Counted from the stretch's first letter, positions 1 to 9,899 are shown. The stretch: 64,000 nt of DNA from Candidatus Pacearchaeota archaeon (GCA_026395815.1 JAPLXZ010000012.1:487-64486); one strand, 5' to 3'. A program made the numbers and translations. The notes: generated from the letters alone by a model not told the origin.

Positions 1-2
1 TG

Positions 3-1181
3 TTTCCAATGAATATTGTTTATAATGGTAATATTACAAAGCAGGATTATTATGGTGTGGATAAAAGATGGTATACAGGCAGTTCATGGAGCAGGCCTAT
101 TTTTGATATGCAAGGACAGTTAATAGGAACCAATAATGTTATAATTTTTATGGATAACTATGGGGCTTCTTATGTTACTTTTGATAATATTGAGTTTACT
201 AACTATTATTGGGATAGCTCAACATGTCCTTGGACTCAAAACACTTTTTTTTGGAATGGTTACGGGAATGTTGGCATTAATGTTTTTAATTGTTATTTTC
301 ATGGTTGGACTCATGCTCCTTCTGCAGGAGATTGTGCTGTTATGATGGGAGGCAATGGCAGGTATCAAAATGTCGCTTATAATCTGATGGATGGAACAGC
401 TTCTGGAGGTAATAGCGGAAATTCAGGAGCTGGTTATAATTACTACAATAATACTGTTCATGATATGGCGAATGGCCCTGTTGGAGGTGCAGTTAGTGTC
501 CATGATAATCTTATTTATAACATAAGAAATTCTTTTGCAGGATCAGCTTATCATACAAACGGAATTGAAGTTTGGCTGCCTCCAGGGGAGACAACTCAAT
601 ATATTTATAATAATGTATTGCATGATTTATCATCAGGCACTTATCCCCTGCCAATTGGTCCGGGATTTGCACAGACAGGAAATGTAACTGCATATATTTT
701 TAATAATGTTATGTGGAATATTGGTTGGGGTATGCCATTTGTCGTTGATTGCTCGTGTGCTGTAGGAATAGTATGTACACCAAATCAAGTTTCCGTATAT
801 ATATGGAGTAATACAGTGAGTACATTGCCTTCAGATAGTTGGACAGCGTGTATTCGTTTGGTTAATAGGGGCAATGGTAATGTGGGGCTTCTTGATCTTA
901 GAGATAATCACTGTATTACAAATAGTGGTAAACTTTACGCGTTTGATACTGGCGTAAACGCGAGTACTCTTATTGATATAACTAATCTCTTAATCCCAAC
1001 TAGTACTGCTACTAATATTGGGTATACTATCTCAAATATGTTTGCTCCTATATCACCAAATTCAATTACTGTAAATGGGGGAACCGATCTCTCTTCAGTT
1101 TTCAATAAAGATAGAAATGGCGTTTCTCGCCCACAAGGTTCTACTTGGGACATCGGAGCTTATGAATACCCATTAGATTAA
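3..1181 (+). CDS. Right-handed beta-helix extracellular protein with C-terminal choice-of-anchor Q-like motif (5' partial)
   Basis: Frame is open to the window start; repeated xxNNxxxD/N rungs; ends DRNGVSRPQGSTWDIGAYEY. Confidence 0.7.
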   Translation, partial: FPMNIVYNGNITKQDYYGVDKRWYTGSSWSRPIFDMQGQLIGTNNVIIFMDNYGASYVTFDNIEFTNYYWDSSTCPWTQNTFFWNGYGNVGINVFNCYFHGWTHAPSAGDCAVMMGGNGRYQNVAYNLMDGTASGGNSGNSGAGYNYYNNTVHDMANGPVGGAVSVHDNLIYNIRNSFAGSAYHTNGIEVWLPPGETTQYIYNNVLHDLSSGTYPLPIGPGFAQTGNVTAYIFNNVMWNIGWGMPFVVDCSCAVGIVCTPNQVSVYIWSNTVSTLPSDSWTACIRLVNRGNGNVGLLDLRDNHCITNSGKLYAFDTGVNASTLIDITNLLIPTSTATNIGYTISNMFAPISPNSITVNGGTDLSSVFNKDRNGVSRPQGSTWDIGAYEYPLD

Positions 1182-1203
1182 TTAATTTATAAATTATAGA
1201 TGA

Positions 1204-1725
1204 ATGAGAACCTTTATTTCAATAGATATTCCAGAGAAAATTAAAAAAGAAATCATAAAAATACAAAATCAACTTTCGAATTTTAAAGGGAAGCTTATAG
1301 AATTTAAAAATTTACATCTCACATTAAAATTTCTTGGGGAGATAGATGAGAAAAAACTTTCTGAAACAAAAAAAAGATTGAAAAATGTTTCTTCTAACAA
1401 ATTTGAAGCAGAAATAGATTCTATCGGTGTTTTTTCTGAAGATTTTATAAAAATTATCTGGTTGAGAATAAGGAATTGCGATGAACTACAAAAGCAAATT
1501 GATGAAAAACTAAGAGGAATTTTTAAAAAAGAAGACAGATTTATGAGCCATCTGACCATCGCAAGGGTAAAAAATGTCAAAGACAAGAAGAAATTTTTAA
1601 GTGAATTAAACAAGATGAAAATACTTCCTATGAAATTTACAGTAAATGATTTTAATCTCAAAAAATCAACCTTGGCAGAACAAGGGCCTGTTTATGATAT
1701 CATTGAGAATTATAGACTAAATTGA
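1204..1725 (+). CDS. thpR: RNA 2',3'-cyclic phosphodiesterase (2H family)
   Basis: MRTFISID start; two HxT motifs, HLTLKFLG and HLTIAR. Confidence 0.92.
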   Translation: MRTFISIDIPEKIKKEIIKIQNQLSNFKGKLIEFKNLHLTLKFLGEIDEKKLSETKKRLKNVSSNKFEAEIDSIGVFSEDFIKIIWLRIRNCDELQKQIDEKLRGIFKKEDRFMSHLTIARVKNVKDKKKFLSELNKMKILPMKFTVNDFNLKKSTLAEQGPVYDIIENYRLN

Positions 1726-1813
1726 AAATATAAACAAAAAAGACTTTTATGTTTTATATATCTTCTGTGCTGTAACTATCGCTTTGAATTATGATATCTT
1801 TTAAAAAGAATTC

Positions 1814-2107
1814 TTGGATAATAATAATTTAATGGCTAATGATTATAAAGCATTTTTTGAGAGAATTTCTAAAGAATACGGAATGGCCGGGGGATATTCT
1901 AGATTGTGCGACCTTATAGATACAGGAAAACTTAGAGATGGACTCGATGAACAGAGATATGGGGTTGCAAAAAGTGTTATCTATAACTTTTTTAATGAAC
2001 ATAATAGTGCAGCAGCAAAGAGAACTTTTGGAATAACTCCATATGATATAAAAGAATTAACCAAAAAAGCAGAAGAACAGGAAAGAATGCTTAGAACTCT
2101 TCATTAA
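1814..2107 (+). CDS. Hypothetical protein
   Basis: 97-aa ORF filling the intergenic gap; no motif; start uncertain. Confidence 0.55.
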   Translation: MDNNNLMANDYKAFFERISKEYGMAGGYSRLCDLIDTGKLRDGLDEQRYGVAKSVIYNFFNEHNSAAAKRTFGITPYDIKELTKKAEEQERMLRTLH

Positions 2108-2768
2108 TAAGCTTGAAAACTTCTGCCTTTTTTCCGATAATCTTTTTCAATTCTTCAATAGAAGCATTAACTATATTTTTTACTGTCTTGAATTTTTCTA
2201 AAAGTTTTCTTGCTGTTTTTGGTCCTATTCCTGGAAAACTTTCTAAAATAAATTGCAATCTTTCTTTTTTATTCAAACTTTTTTTTGTTACATTCAAGGG
2301 CATCTCCTTTTCCTTTCTTCTTGCTAATACAGAAATGAATTTTGCAGTATCTTGATAATTTTTTGTGAAAATTATTGGAATTTTATGCTTTAGCAATATC
2401 GAAAGCAGAAAGCCACGGATTGAATTTGCATGAACTCTTTCATTATCATCGTTATAAATCTCATGTTCTTCTATTCCTTCTATAATCAACAATTTATTTT
2501 CATATTGTTGCAATTCTTCTAATTGCTTTATTAGCCTGTGATTTATCATAGAAGAAATGAAATCTGAAATAGTCTTTCTTTCTATTGCTACATCTTTTAC
2601 AATATAATCTGCAACTTTCAATTCCCTGAATTCAACGCCGATTCCATATTCAATCAATTCAGATGCAACCAAACAATTTTTTTCTCTATAATCCGCAATT
2701 ATTTTTATTTTTTCAATTATTTTTTTTGTCGGATTTTTCTTAGAAAATATATTAAATATTTGTTTCAT
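2091..2768 (-). CDS. ERCC4/XPF nuclease with HhH domain (nuclease half of Hef)
   Basis: ADYRE, ADY..AIERKTISDF nuclease motif, PGIGPKTA HhH. Confidence 0.9.
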   Translation of the reverse strand: MKQIFNIFSKKNPTKKIIEKIKIIADYREKNCLVASELIEYGIGVEFRELKVADYIVKDVAIERKTISDFISSMINHRLIKQLEELQQYENKLLIIEGIEEHEIYNDDNERVHANSIRGFLLSILLKHKIPIIFTKNYQDTAKFISVLARRKEKEMPLNVTKKSLNKKERLQFILESFPGIGPKTARKLLEKFKTVKNIVNASIEELKKIIGKKAEVFKLINEEF

Positions 2769-2806
2769 CTTTTTTTAGGATATATCCTTTACTTTCTTAA
2801 ACTTTC

Positions 2807-4108
2807 TTATGAAAGTTCTTTAAGAACTCCTTCTGCTGCTCTTAGACCAGATGCTGCTGCTCCTACAATTCCCCTGCTAAAACCAGAGCCATCTCCTGCA
2901 ACATAAATTCTATTTTCTGCCTTCAAATATTCATTTGTGGATATGTGCAATCCATGAAATTTAATTTCTGGAGCGTGTAATATCGTTGAATCAGAACTCA
3001 ATCCTGGAATTATTTTATCTAATTTTTGAATTCCTTCGATGATATCTGTAAGATAACGAGCAGGCATAGCCAAGGCTAAATCTCCCCAGGTAATATCTTT
3101 TAATGTTGGTTGAAACAGATATTCTTTTTGTTTTGATTCTTTGCTTCTTCTAAATCTTATTAAGTCCCCCCATCTTTGTGCAAGAGTCTTTCCACCACTT
3201 AAATCATGAAAGGTTAAGCTTATATTTTTTGCAAATTGATTGGAATTTGTTAGAGGTTCTGTTAATGGAATTGTAATTAACAATGCAAAATTTGTATTTT
3301 CAGTAGATTTTCCTGATTCTGAATGCCCATTGACTGTTTTGAATCCATAATGAACTTCTTGTCCAACAAAACCATTTGGACATGTGCAGAAAGTTCTTAT
3401 TTTATCCTGATATCTATCTGTTTTTAAATAAAATTTTATATCTCTTGTTATGTTAGTTATCTCTTCAATTATTTCACTTGGAACTTCTATTCTTACTCCT
3501 ATATCTACTGGACGATAAGTATAGCAAATAATATTTTCTTGTAAAAACCTTTCCATCCATCCGGTTTCTCCGCTAACTCTTCCGGGAGCAATAATAAAAA
3601 AATCTGCTTCTGGAGAGAGGTGTTCAATTTCACGATTACAGGAAAAATTAACCCCCCTTTTTATTAAATAATCTTGAAAGTCTTCCACAAAAGGAATTAA
3701 TCTATCTGTTCCAATATGGCTCTGTTTAGGGTAAATAAAATCTATTCCGTATTGCAAAGCCTTTTTTTCAAGTTCTTTTATTTTTTTTTGATTTGAATTT
3801 GTCTTTATAATCTCAAATCTTCCAAATATCTTTTCAACTTCATTAGTTAACCTTTGATTTTCAGAAAGCGATAAAATTTCTCCTAAATTATTTCCTACTC
3901 TCGTATCGAAAATTAATTTCCCATCTGACATTAATCCAGCTCCTCCAACTCCATGAAGAACATCTTTTGATAAAATTCTTTGTTCTATTGTTCCTCCTGA
4001 ATCAACCACTTCTATTTTGATATCGATATGAGAATCGGTTGCTAATTTATATGCTGCAAATAATCCAGCAGGTCCTGCTCCAACAATTACAATTTTTTTT
4101 GAACCCAT
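2807..4108 (-). CDS. FAD/NAD(P)-dependent oxidoreductase (COG2509-like)
   Basis: IVGAGPAG Rossmann motif, GGAGLMSDGKL, RTFCTCPNG, YVAGDGSG..RGIVGAAASG; ATG at 4108 is 1 nt after the purA-like stop. Confidence 0.85.
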   Translation of the reverse strand: MGSKKIVIVGAGPAGLFAAYKLATDSHIDIKIEVVDSGGTIEQRILSKDVLHGVGGAGLMSDGKLIFDTRVGNNLGEILSLSENQRLTNEVEKIFGRFEIIKTNSNQKKIKELEKKALQYGIDFIYPKQSHIGTDRLIPFVEDFQDYLIKRGVNFSCNREIEHLSPEADFFIIAPGRVSGETGWMERFLQENIICYTYRPVDIGVRIEVPSEIIEEITNITRDIKFYLKTDRYQDKIRTFCTCPNGFVGQEVHYGFKTVNGHSESGKSTENTNFALLITIPLTEPLTNSNQFAKNISLTFHDLSGGKTLAQRWGDLIRFRRSKESKQKEYLFQPTLKDITWGDLALAMPARYLTDIIEGIQKLDKIIPGLSSDSTILHAPEIKFHGLHISTNEYLKAENRIYVAGDGSGFSRGIVGAAASGLRAAEGVLKELS

Positions 4109-4109
4109 T

Positions 4110-5126
4110 TTAAATATTATAAGCAACAACATCTTTTTCTTCTGAGCCATAAGAAAGCAAATCTATTGTTGGATAAGGATAATTTTTGCATAATTCTTCT
4201 TGAACTATTCTTATAAATCCTCTTTCATCTCCAAATCCTAAACTATTCCAAAAGAAATCAGGAAGGTCCATGTGAGTTATTGCTAATCTTGTTGCTGAAT
4301 TCATTCTTATTACTTCTCTTACATTTTCCCATTCGAATCTGCCAATTCTTCTTAATCTTTTGCTTACTGTTCCTGTTTCTCCTCCATCTTCATGAGCCCA
4401 TTTTAAAATTTTTTCATCAAAAATTTCCTTTTCAAGAGGACCAGGACCAACTCTTGTTGTGTAAGGTTTTAATACAATGTATATATCTCTTACATTCTTA
4501 GGACCTACACCTAATTCACCAAGAAGAGAAGAAGCATTCACAGAACGAGATGTAACATAGGGATATTCGCCATGAATCAAATCCAATTTTGCGCCATGGT
4601 CTCCTTCAAGAAGAATTTTATCTCCTAAATCAAGAGCATCTAGAATTTCATCTTTTGTATCAGTTAAATAATATTTTAATTCAGGAATATCTTCTGCAAA
4701 AAGCAAATTTTTTCTCATTATTTTGTCTCTTCTGCATGGGCCGACTCCTGTTCCTACACTTCCAATATTTCCCATCAAATGAGAATTTTCTCTTTCTTCT
4801 TTAAGATGTTCATCGCTTACTATTGTCGTTTTGTAATCTATTCCTAATCTCCAGAGATCTATTCCTGTTACTCCTATTTCGTATAATAGTTTTTTAACTG
4901 AAATTAATGCACCTCTTCCTATTAGAAGTGTGGTATTTGGATTTACAAAGCCACAAGGAAGCAATGCTAATCCAATTCTTTTTCCGTTATAATAAATGCT
5001 GTGTCCTGCTTGAGGAGCAGAAACTCTTGCACATATAGAATAATTATTATTCATAGAAAGCCATTCTGCAATTTTTCCTTTTCCTTCGTCTCCACCCTGT
5101 CCACCAACAATAACATCTACTGGCAT
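4110..5126 (-). CDS. purA: Short archaeal-type adenylosuccinate synthetase-like protein with divergent substrate pocket
   Basis: GGQGGDEGKGK, AGHS, GEYPYVTSR, YTTRVGPGP, GTVSKRLRRIG; family is clear, activity is uncertain. Confidence 0.8.
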   Translation of the reverse strand: MPVDVIVGGQGGDEGKGKIAEWLSMNNNYSICARVSAPQAGHSIYYNGKRIGLALLPCGFVNPNTTLLIGRGALISVKKLLYEIGVTGIDLWRLGIDYKTTIVSDEHLKEERENSHLMGNIGSVGTGVGPCRRDKIMRKNLLFAEDIPELKYYLTDTKDEILDALDLGDKILLEGDHGAKLDLIHGEYPYVTSRSVNASSLLGELGVGPKNVRDIYIVLKPYTTRVGPGPLEKEIFDEKILKWAHEDGGETGTVSKRLRRIGRFEWENVREVIRMNSATRLAITHMDLPDFFWNSLGFGDERGFIRIVQEELCKNYPYPTIDLLSYGSEEKDVVAYNI

Positions 5127-5163
5127 CAATTTTATTCAGAATTATTTTTTATAAAGATTTATG

Positions 5164-6717
5164 TTATAGAGTTTCTTGTTTTTCTGATTTGTATTTTAAA
5201 TTTCCATTGGCCATGTCTTCTTGTATATTTTGTATTGCTGTTTTCATCTTCTTTTCACGAGATTTTGAAACATAAAAGAAGGCTTCATCGCGGGTTCTCT
5301 TTGTTATTAGCATTATCAATTTACCTTTCATCAATCTTGCAGTTCTTCCGGCGCGCTGTATTGCTCGTATTGCAGATGGAACCGGTTCATAAAAAACAAC
5401 GATATTCACTTCTGGGATATCAAGTCCTTCTTCAGCTATACAAGTCGCACATAAAATATCAATTTTTCCATCTGAAAATTCTTCAATTATTTTCTTTTGT
5501 TGTTTTTGATTTAATCCTTCCCCTTCTTTTTTGGCTTGTCCTATAAATATTTTTGATTTTATCCCCCCAATTTCATTTATTCTTTTTGAAAGATTAGATG
5601 CTGTTTCCCTAAATTGAGTAAACACTATCATTTTCATTTTTTCATTTTTTTGCTTTTCATTTATTATGATATCAAGCAATTTTTGCATTTTAGGATGCTC
5701 CCTTTTTTTAGATAAAAGTTCGTTGGACTGCACGAATACAAAATTAAATTCGGGTTTTGAAACTAATTTAACAACCCCCTTACTTTGTTTTTTTGATGCT
5801 TGTTCTAATAAATTTTTAAGATATTTGTTGAATCCTTCAAGAGTTTGAGTTTCAAGAAGTTCAAGCGCATGTTGTATTTTTATTGCCTGTGCACAAGCAC
5901 TTGCTCCTAGCATATAATTGAAATTTTTATAATTCCTAGTTATTGTAACAGATATCTTTTTTTGAAGATTTATCAAATCTGTTTTTGATGCCGGGCCGAA
6001 TAAGACCTTTCTTGTCCTTAGTTCTGTTATATATCCTTCAAACAATTTAAGTAAAACCTGTCTCATCTCTTCAAATTCTGGGGGAAAGTCGAGCATTATT
6101 TTTTCAAATTTCAACTCTTGAAGGTAATTTTTTACATCTTCACTATCTCTCGTCTTTAATTCTACTTCTTCGATTGAAAGATTTTTACAGATTTCTTTTA
6201 TCTTGCTTCTGTCACTCCCTGGAGAAGCTGTCAGACCAATAATTCTTGGATGTTTAGCCTGTTTAATGTATTCGTGCGCGACGTAATTATAATCATAATT
6301 TTTAATACATCTGTGTGCCTCATCTTCTATCAGCAGACAAACATCATTTAGATTGTACAATTTTTTGTTTAAATCATTTGCAACGCATTGAGGAGTTGAA
6401 AAAATAATGTCAGAATTCTGCCAGAGTTTTTTTCTTTCTCCGGAATTTATCTGTCCTGTAAAAATATTCATTTCCCCAAATAATTCTGAAAGATGTTTTT
6501 TAAAATAGTTTAGATGCTGTTCAACAAGAGGTTTTGTTGGGGCAAGAAAAACGACTTTTTCTCCTGGAAATTGTTTCATTCTTTCTATTGAAAGCATTAG
6601 TGCAATGAGAGTTTTTCCTAAGCCAGTAGGAAGCACAACTAGGCAATTTTTCTTTATACATGTTTCAAATATCTTTTGCTGATATTCTCTAGGAATTATT
6701 CCTTCTAAAAATTCCAT
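5164..6717 (-). CDS. hef: Hef/FANCM-like SF2 helicase without fused nuclease
   Basis: PREYQ, LPTGLGKT, DEAHR, GLTASPG, EEGLDIP, IQRAGRTAR. Confidence 0.9.
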   Translation of the reverse strand: MEFLEGIIPREYQQKIFETCIKKNCLVVLPTGLGKTLIALMLSIERMKQFPGEKVVFLAPTKPLVEQHLNYFKKHLSELFGEMNIFTGQINSGERKKLWQNSDIIFSTPQCVANDLNKKLYNLNDVCLLIEDEAHRCIKNYDYNYVAHEYIKQAKHPRIIGLTASPGSDRSKIKEICKNLSIEEVELKTRDSEDVKNYLQELKFEKIMLDFPPEFEEMRQVLLKLFEGYITELRTRKVLFGPASKTDLINLQKKISVTITRNYKNFNYMLGASACAQAIKIQHALELLETQTLEGFNKYLKNLLEQASKKQSKGVVKLVSKPEFNFVFVQSNELLSKKREHPKMQKLLDIIINEKQKNEKMKMIVFTQFRETASNLSKRINEIGGIKSKIFIGQAKKEGEGLNQKQQKKIIEEFSDGKIDILCATCIAEEGLDIPEVNIVVFYEPVPSAIRAIQRAGRTARLMKGKLIMLITKRTRDEAFFYVSKSREKKMKTAIQNIQEDMANGNLKYKSEKQETL

Positions 6718-6723
6718 ATATAT

Positions 6724-6933
6724 TTATCTCTTTTTTATAGAATATGCAAATAGAATAGCAGAGCAAATAATTAATAATAAGCCTATTAAAGAAACGACAT
6801 TTATTCCAAATTGTCTGTTTAAAATTAAATTTCCAGTTATGCCTTTGTTGAGAAATAAAAATCCTCCAAGAAGAGAGACTGCAGCAAAAGCGTATGTTAC
6901 TCCTTTCATTTTAAAAAAATTCTTTTCTTCCAT
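6724..6933 (-). CDS. Small two-TM membrane protein
   Basis: MEEKNFF start; two hydrophobic helices either side of GITGNLI; basic tail. Confidence 0.6.
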   Translation of the reverse strand: MEEKNFFKMKGVTYAFAAVSLLGGFLFLNKGITGNLILNRQFGINVVSLIGLLLIICSAILFAYSIKKR

Positions 6934-6965
6934 TTGTTTATTATTCCTTTGTATTTTAAATAATT

Positions 6966-7598
6966 TTATATTATAAATATTGCAAATAACATGCCTATCA
7001 AGACAAGAGATGCTAAAAATCCCCACATTGCAAGACTTCCAAAGAAAATTTTATTTCCATCTAAATCTGAAATTGGAAGCATGTTAAAGAAAGCATAATA
7101 GATATTCAATCTTGCAAACATGGGAAAACCAATAAAATAACCGATTATTGCTGAAACCAGATTTATCACAATTCCTGCCATAGCAATTAAACCTAGGTGA
7201 TATTCTGTAATCTCAGAAAAAGTATAAAGCCCATACCTCTTTGCAGCCTTGTAGATTCTTGGCTTGATGTCAAAAACAAGAGAAGCCATCCAAACAAAAT
7301 TCTTGAATGGGAAAAAGATTAATTTTGACAAAACTGGAAAAAACGCTCCTGCAGGAAAAGCCTTTTTGAAATGCTGTCCAAGTTTAAAGCCATATCTTCT
7401 AATCCCCCAAATTTTCATTTCTATTTCTGAATCTAACTGAAAAGCCATAAACTTTTTTGCAGCTACATTCAAGATGACAATAATAGATATCGAAGAAAAT
7501 ACATACAAAAGATTTTTCCAGTCTTCTAAAAGGGCTGATGAAACGCTTATTAAAATTATAATTAATGCAATAACCGCAATTTCTTTTTTGTTTACCAT
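6966..7598 (-). CDS. Site-2-protease (M50)-like membrane protein lacking HExxH
   Basis: FFNMLPISDLDG motif and multiple TMs; no HExxH present. Confidence 0.65.
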   Translation of the reverse strand: MVNKKEIAVIALIIILISVSSALLEDWKNLLYVFSSISIIVILNVAAKKFMAFQLDSEIEMKIWGIRRYGFKLGQHFKKAFPAGAFFPVLSKLIFFPFKNFVWMASLVFDIKPRIYKAAKRYGLYTFSEITEYHLGLIAMAGIVINLVSAIIGYFIGFPMFARLNIYYAFFNMLPISDLDGNKIFFGSLAMWGFLASLVLIGMLFAIFII

Positions 7599-7713
7599 AT
7601 TGTGTATATGATAAGTTTTTTTATAAAGATTATTATACAGAGATTTGGATATAAGCAGATATGTTTTTTGGATTATGGAAAACTATTTAAACAAGCTAAG
7701 ATAGATTTTATTT

Positions 7714-7992
7714 ATGAGAATAAAAAAGGTTAGCGAGGTTATGGGAACGAAGGTATATACAGATTCTGGAGATTTTTTTGGCGAAGTAGAAGAAGCTAAC
7801 TTATCTGAGAATAAGGTTGATGGCTGGAGGATAAAAGTAGGGGGAAGCGTTATGAACATGATTGGAGGAGCAAAAGGGGTTATAATACCCCATCAATTTG
7901 TTAAAGCAATAGGAGATGTTTTTTTAATAAACAAATCCGCTTTACCAAGTCCAGATTCGGATATTGAAGAGATACCAGAAGACTTAATATAA
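7714..7992 (+). CDS. PRC-barrel domain protein
   Basis: SEVMGTKVYTDSGDFFGEV..IIPHQFVKAIGDVFLI PRC signature. Confidence 0.85.
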   Translation: MRIKKVSEVMGTKVYTDSGDFFGEVEEANLSENKVDGWRIKVGGSVMNMIGGAKGVIIPHQFVKAIGDVFLINKSALPSPDSDIEEIPEDLI

Positions 7993-7993
7993 A

Positions 7994-8497
7994 ATGGCTG
8001 AAGAGACGACATTTTTACAGCATTGGATTTTTACTCAATTTTTATTTCCTTTTTTGTTAATTTTCTTTATAGTTTTTGCAATTCTTGAAAAGACGAAACT
8101 TTTTGGAGATGGCAAGAAACAAATTAATGCACTCACTGCTTTTGTTATTGGTTTGATTTTTGTTGGAGCAGTTTATCCAAAACTTGTAGTAACAAACATG
8201 GTCTTATTTTTAACAATAGCACTTGTAGTAGTTTTTGTTGTTTTGTTAATATGGGGGTTTATTTTTGGAGATATTAAAGAAGGATTCGAATTAGAAAAAT
8301 GGATGAAGTGGATTTTAGGAGGTATCACAGGGATAGCCATTGTTGGTGGAGTTATTTGGGCTACTGGACTTTGGGCAGGAGCAGGTGATTTTCTCAAACA
8401 AGGGTTGACTCAAAATATTATAACAAACGTTGCATTTGTTGTTGTTATTGCAATTGCTTTAGCATTGGTTTTAATCGGCCCTAAAAAATCATCATAA
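7994..8497 (+). CDS. Multi-pass membrane protein
   Basis: About 5 TMs; LFPFLLIFFIVFAILEK; paralog of the next gene. Confidence 0.75.
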   Translation: MAEETTFLQHWIFTQFLFPFLLIFFIVFAILEKTKLFGDGKKQINALTAFVIGLIFVGAVYPKLVVTNMVLFLTIALVVVFVVLLIWGFIFGDIKEGFELEKWMKWILGGITGIAIVGGVIWATGLWAGAGDFLKQGLTQNIITNVAFVVVIAIALALVLIGPKKSS

Positions 8498-8547
8498 TTC
8501 AACAAATTTAACGAAACATATTTAAACATTCTTTCATAATTTTCATC

Positions 8548-9108
8548 ATGATAAAAGGGATGATATTATTAGCAAATGGAGCCTTTGGAAGTGGGGCGCT
8601 TGGAGATTTGCTTTCAAAATGGGAACAAGCAGGTTTTTTTACTTATCTTCTTCCATTTTTATTAATTTTTGCTTTAGTTTTTGGAATCTTGATGAGAATC
8701 AAGGTTTTTAAGGATAATAAAGTAGTGAATGGGATTATTGCTTTATCAGTTGCATTAATGTCTTTACAGTTCAGTTTTGTTCCTACTTTTTTTTCACAAA
8801 TCTTTCCTAGGCTTGGTGTTGGTTTAGCAATTATTCTCGGTGTCTTAATTATCACAGGTCTTTTTGCAGACCCAGATAGCCCAGTGATTAATTATGTTCT
8901 TCTTGGAATAGGAGTGATTATTATCGGTTTGATTATAATACAATCTGCAGGTGCTGTTGGATGGTCATCGGGAGAATGGTGGGGCGAAAATTGGGCAATG
9001 GTTGTTGGCGCAATTTTCTTATTTATCTTAGTAGCAGTAGTCATTGGAAGTGCAGGGCCAAAAACAGGGGAACAAACCAGATATCGACCCCCTTATGCAA
9101 GAGATTAA
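8548..9108 (+). CDS. Multi-pass membrane protein (paralog of 7994..8497)
   Basis: LLPFLLIFALVFGILMR; about 5 TMs. Confidence 0.75.
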   Translation: MIKGMILLANGAFGSGALGDLLSKWEQAGFFTYLLPFLLIFALVFGILMRIKVFKDNKVVNGIIALSVALMSLQFSFVPTFFSQIFPRLGVGLAIILGVLIITGLFADPDSPVINYVLLGIGVIIIGLIIIQSAGAVGWSSGEWWGENWAMVVGAIFLFILVAVVIGSAGPKTGEQTRYRPPYARD

Positions 9109-9114
9109 AAACAA

Positions 9115-9885
9115 TTATTTTTTCTTATAAATTCTTCTTTGAGGTGTTGTATTATCTGAAGAAGTTTCAGATGTAGTTTCATTTAAATTCCTATTTTTTT
9201 CAAATTCCATTATTGGATTAACCATTTTTGAAAAAGAATCTTGCATCATGGACATTTCTTTTTTAATACCCTCTAAATTTTGCCCATATGAACCAACTTT
9301 TTCCAAAATTGCAAATTGCAATTTGTCGATTATTGTTTCTATCCTATTCAATCTTTCTGAGATATTATCCATTTTGGTTTCTAAAAGAGTAGTTATTTCT
9401 GTTGTTAAATCAACTTGTCTCTGGATCTTTTTTATTTTTTCAGTAAAAATTTGGTCAGAGATTTCTATTATCGTATCGGTATCAAACCCCCCATAAGCAG
9501 GATATTCTGAGTAAACATCAGAAGGATAAGCTTCTTGAGGTGCTTGCGAAGGAGAAGCGTATTGTGAAGGAGCGTATTGCTCTTGAGGTTGTGGAACATA
9601 AACTTCTTCTTTAGGAACCTCACTCATTTCACGTGTTTTAGATTTATACGCTGTAGAAATTTGTGAAGTTGGGGCAGCTAAATCTTCTTCTTCCCCTGGC
9701 CTGATAATTGATGGCCGCATTTTTTCCATATCTTCAACATCAGAAACCGCATATTTAATCTGAACCTGTTTTAATGCGTCATTTATTTCTCTAGGTGGAA
9801 CACCCTGTTGATGTAATTCACTAATAATTTCATCATCACGATAGCCCTGGTTCTTCATTTTTGTTACTTGTTCTAATACGCCCAT
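9115..9885 (-). CDS. Hypothetical protein with P/Q/Y-rich linker and coiled coil
   Basis: 256-aa ORF; N-terminal helical domain and heptad-rich C-terminal half. Confidence 0.75.
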   Translation of the reverse strand: MGVLEQVTKMKNQGYRDDEIISELHQQGVPPREINDALKQVQIKYAVSDVEDMEKMRPSIIRPGEEEDLAAPTSQISTAYKSKTREMSEVPKEEVYVPQPQEQYAPSQYASPSQAPQEAYPSDVYSEYPAYGGFDTDTIIEISDQIFTEKIKKIQRQVDLTTEITTLLETKMDNISERLNRIETIIDKLQFAILEKVGSYGQNLEGIKKEMSMMQDSFSKMVNPIMEFEKNRNLNETTSETSSDNTTPQRRIYKKK

Positions 9886-9899
9886 TTTACTATTAATTT

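Noticed and set aside
4110..5126. PurZ (2-aminoadenine pathway) assignment
   Set aside because: The Asp of GDEGKG and the Arg303-equivalent are retained, whereas PurZ has Ser at the Asp position. No dATPase, MazZ or phage context is present.
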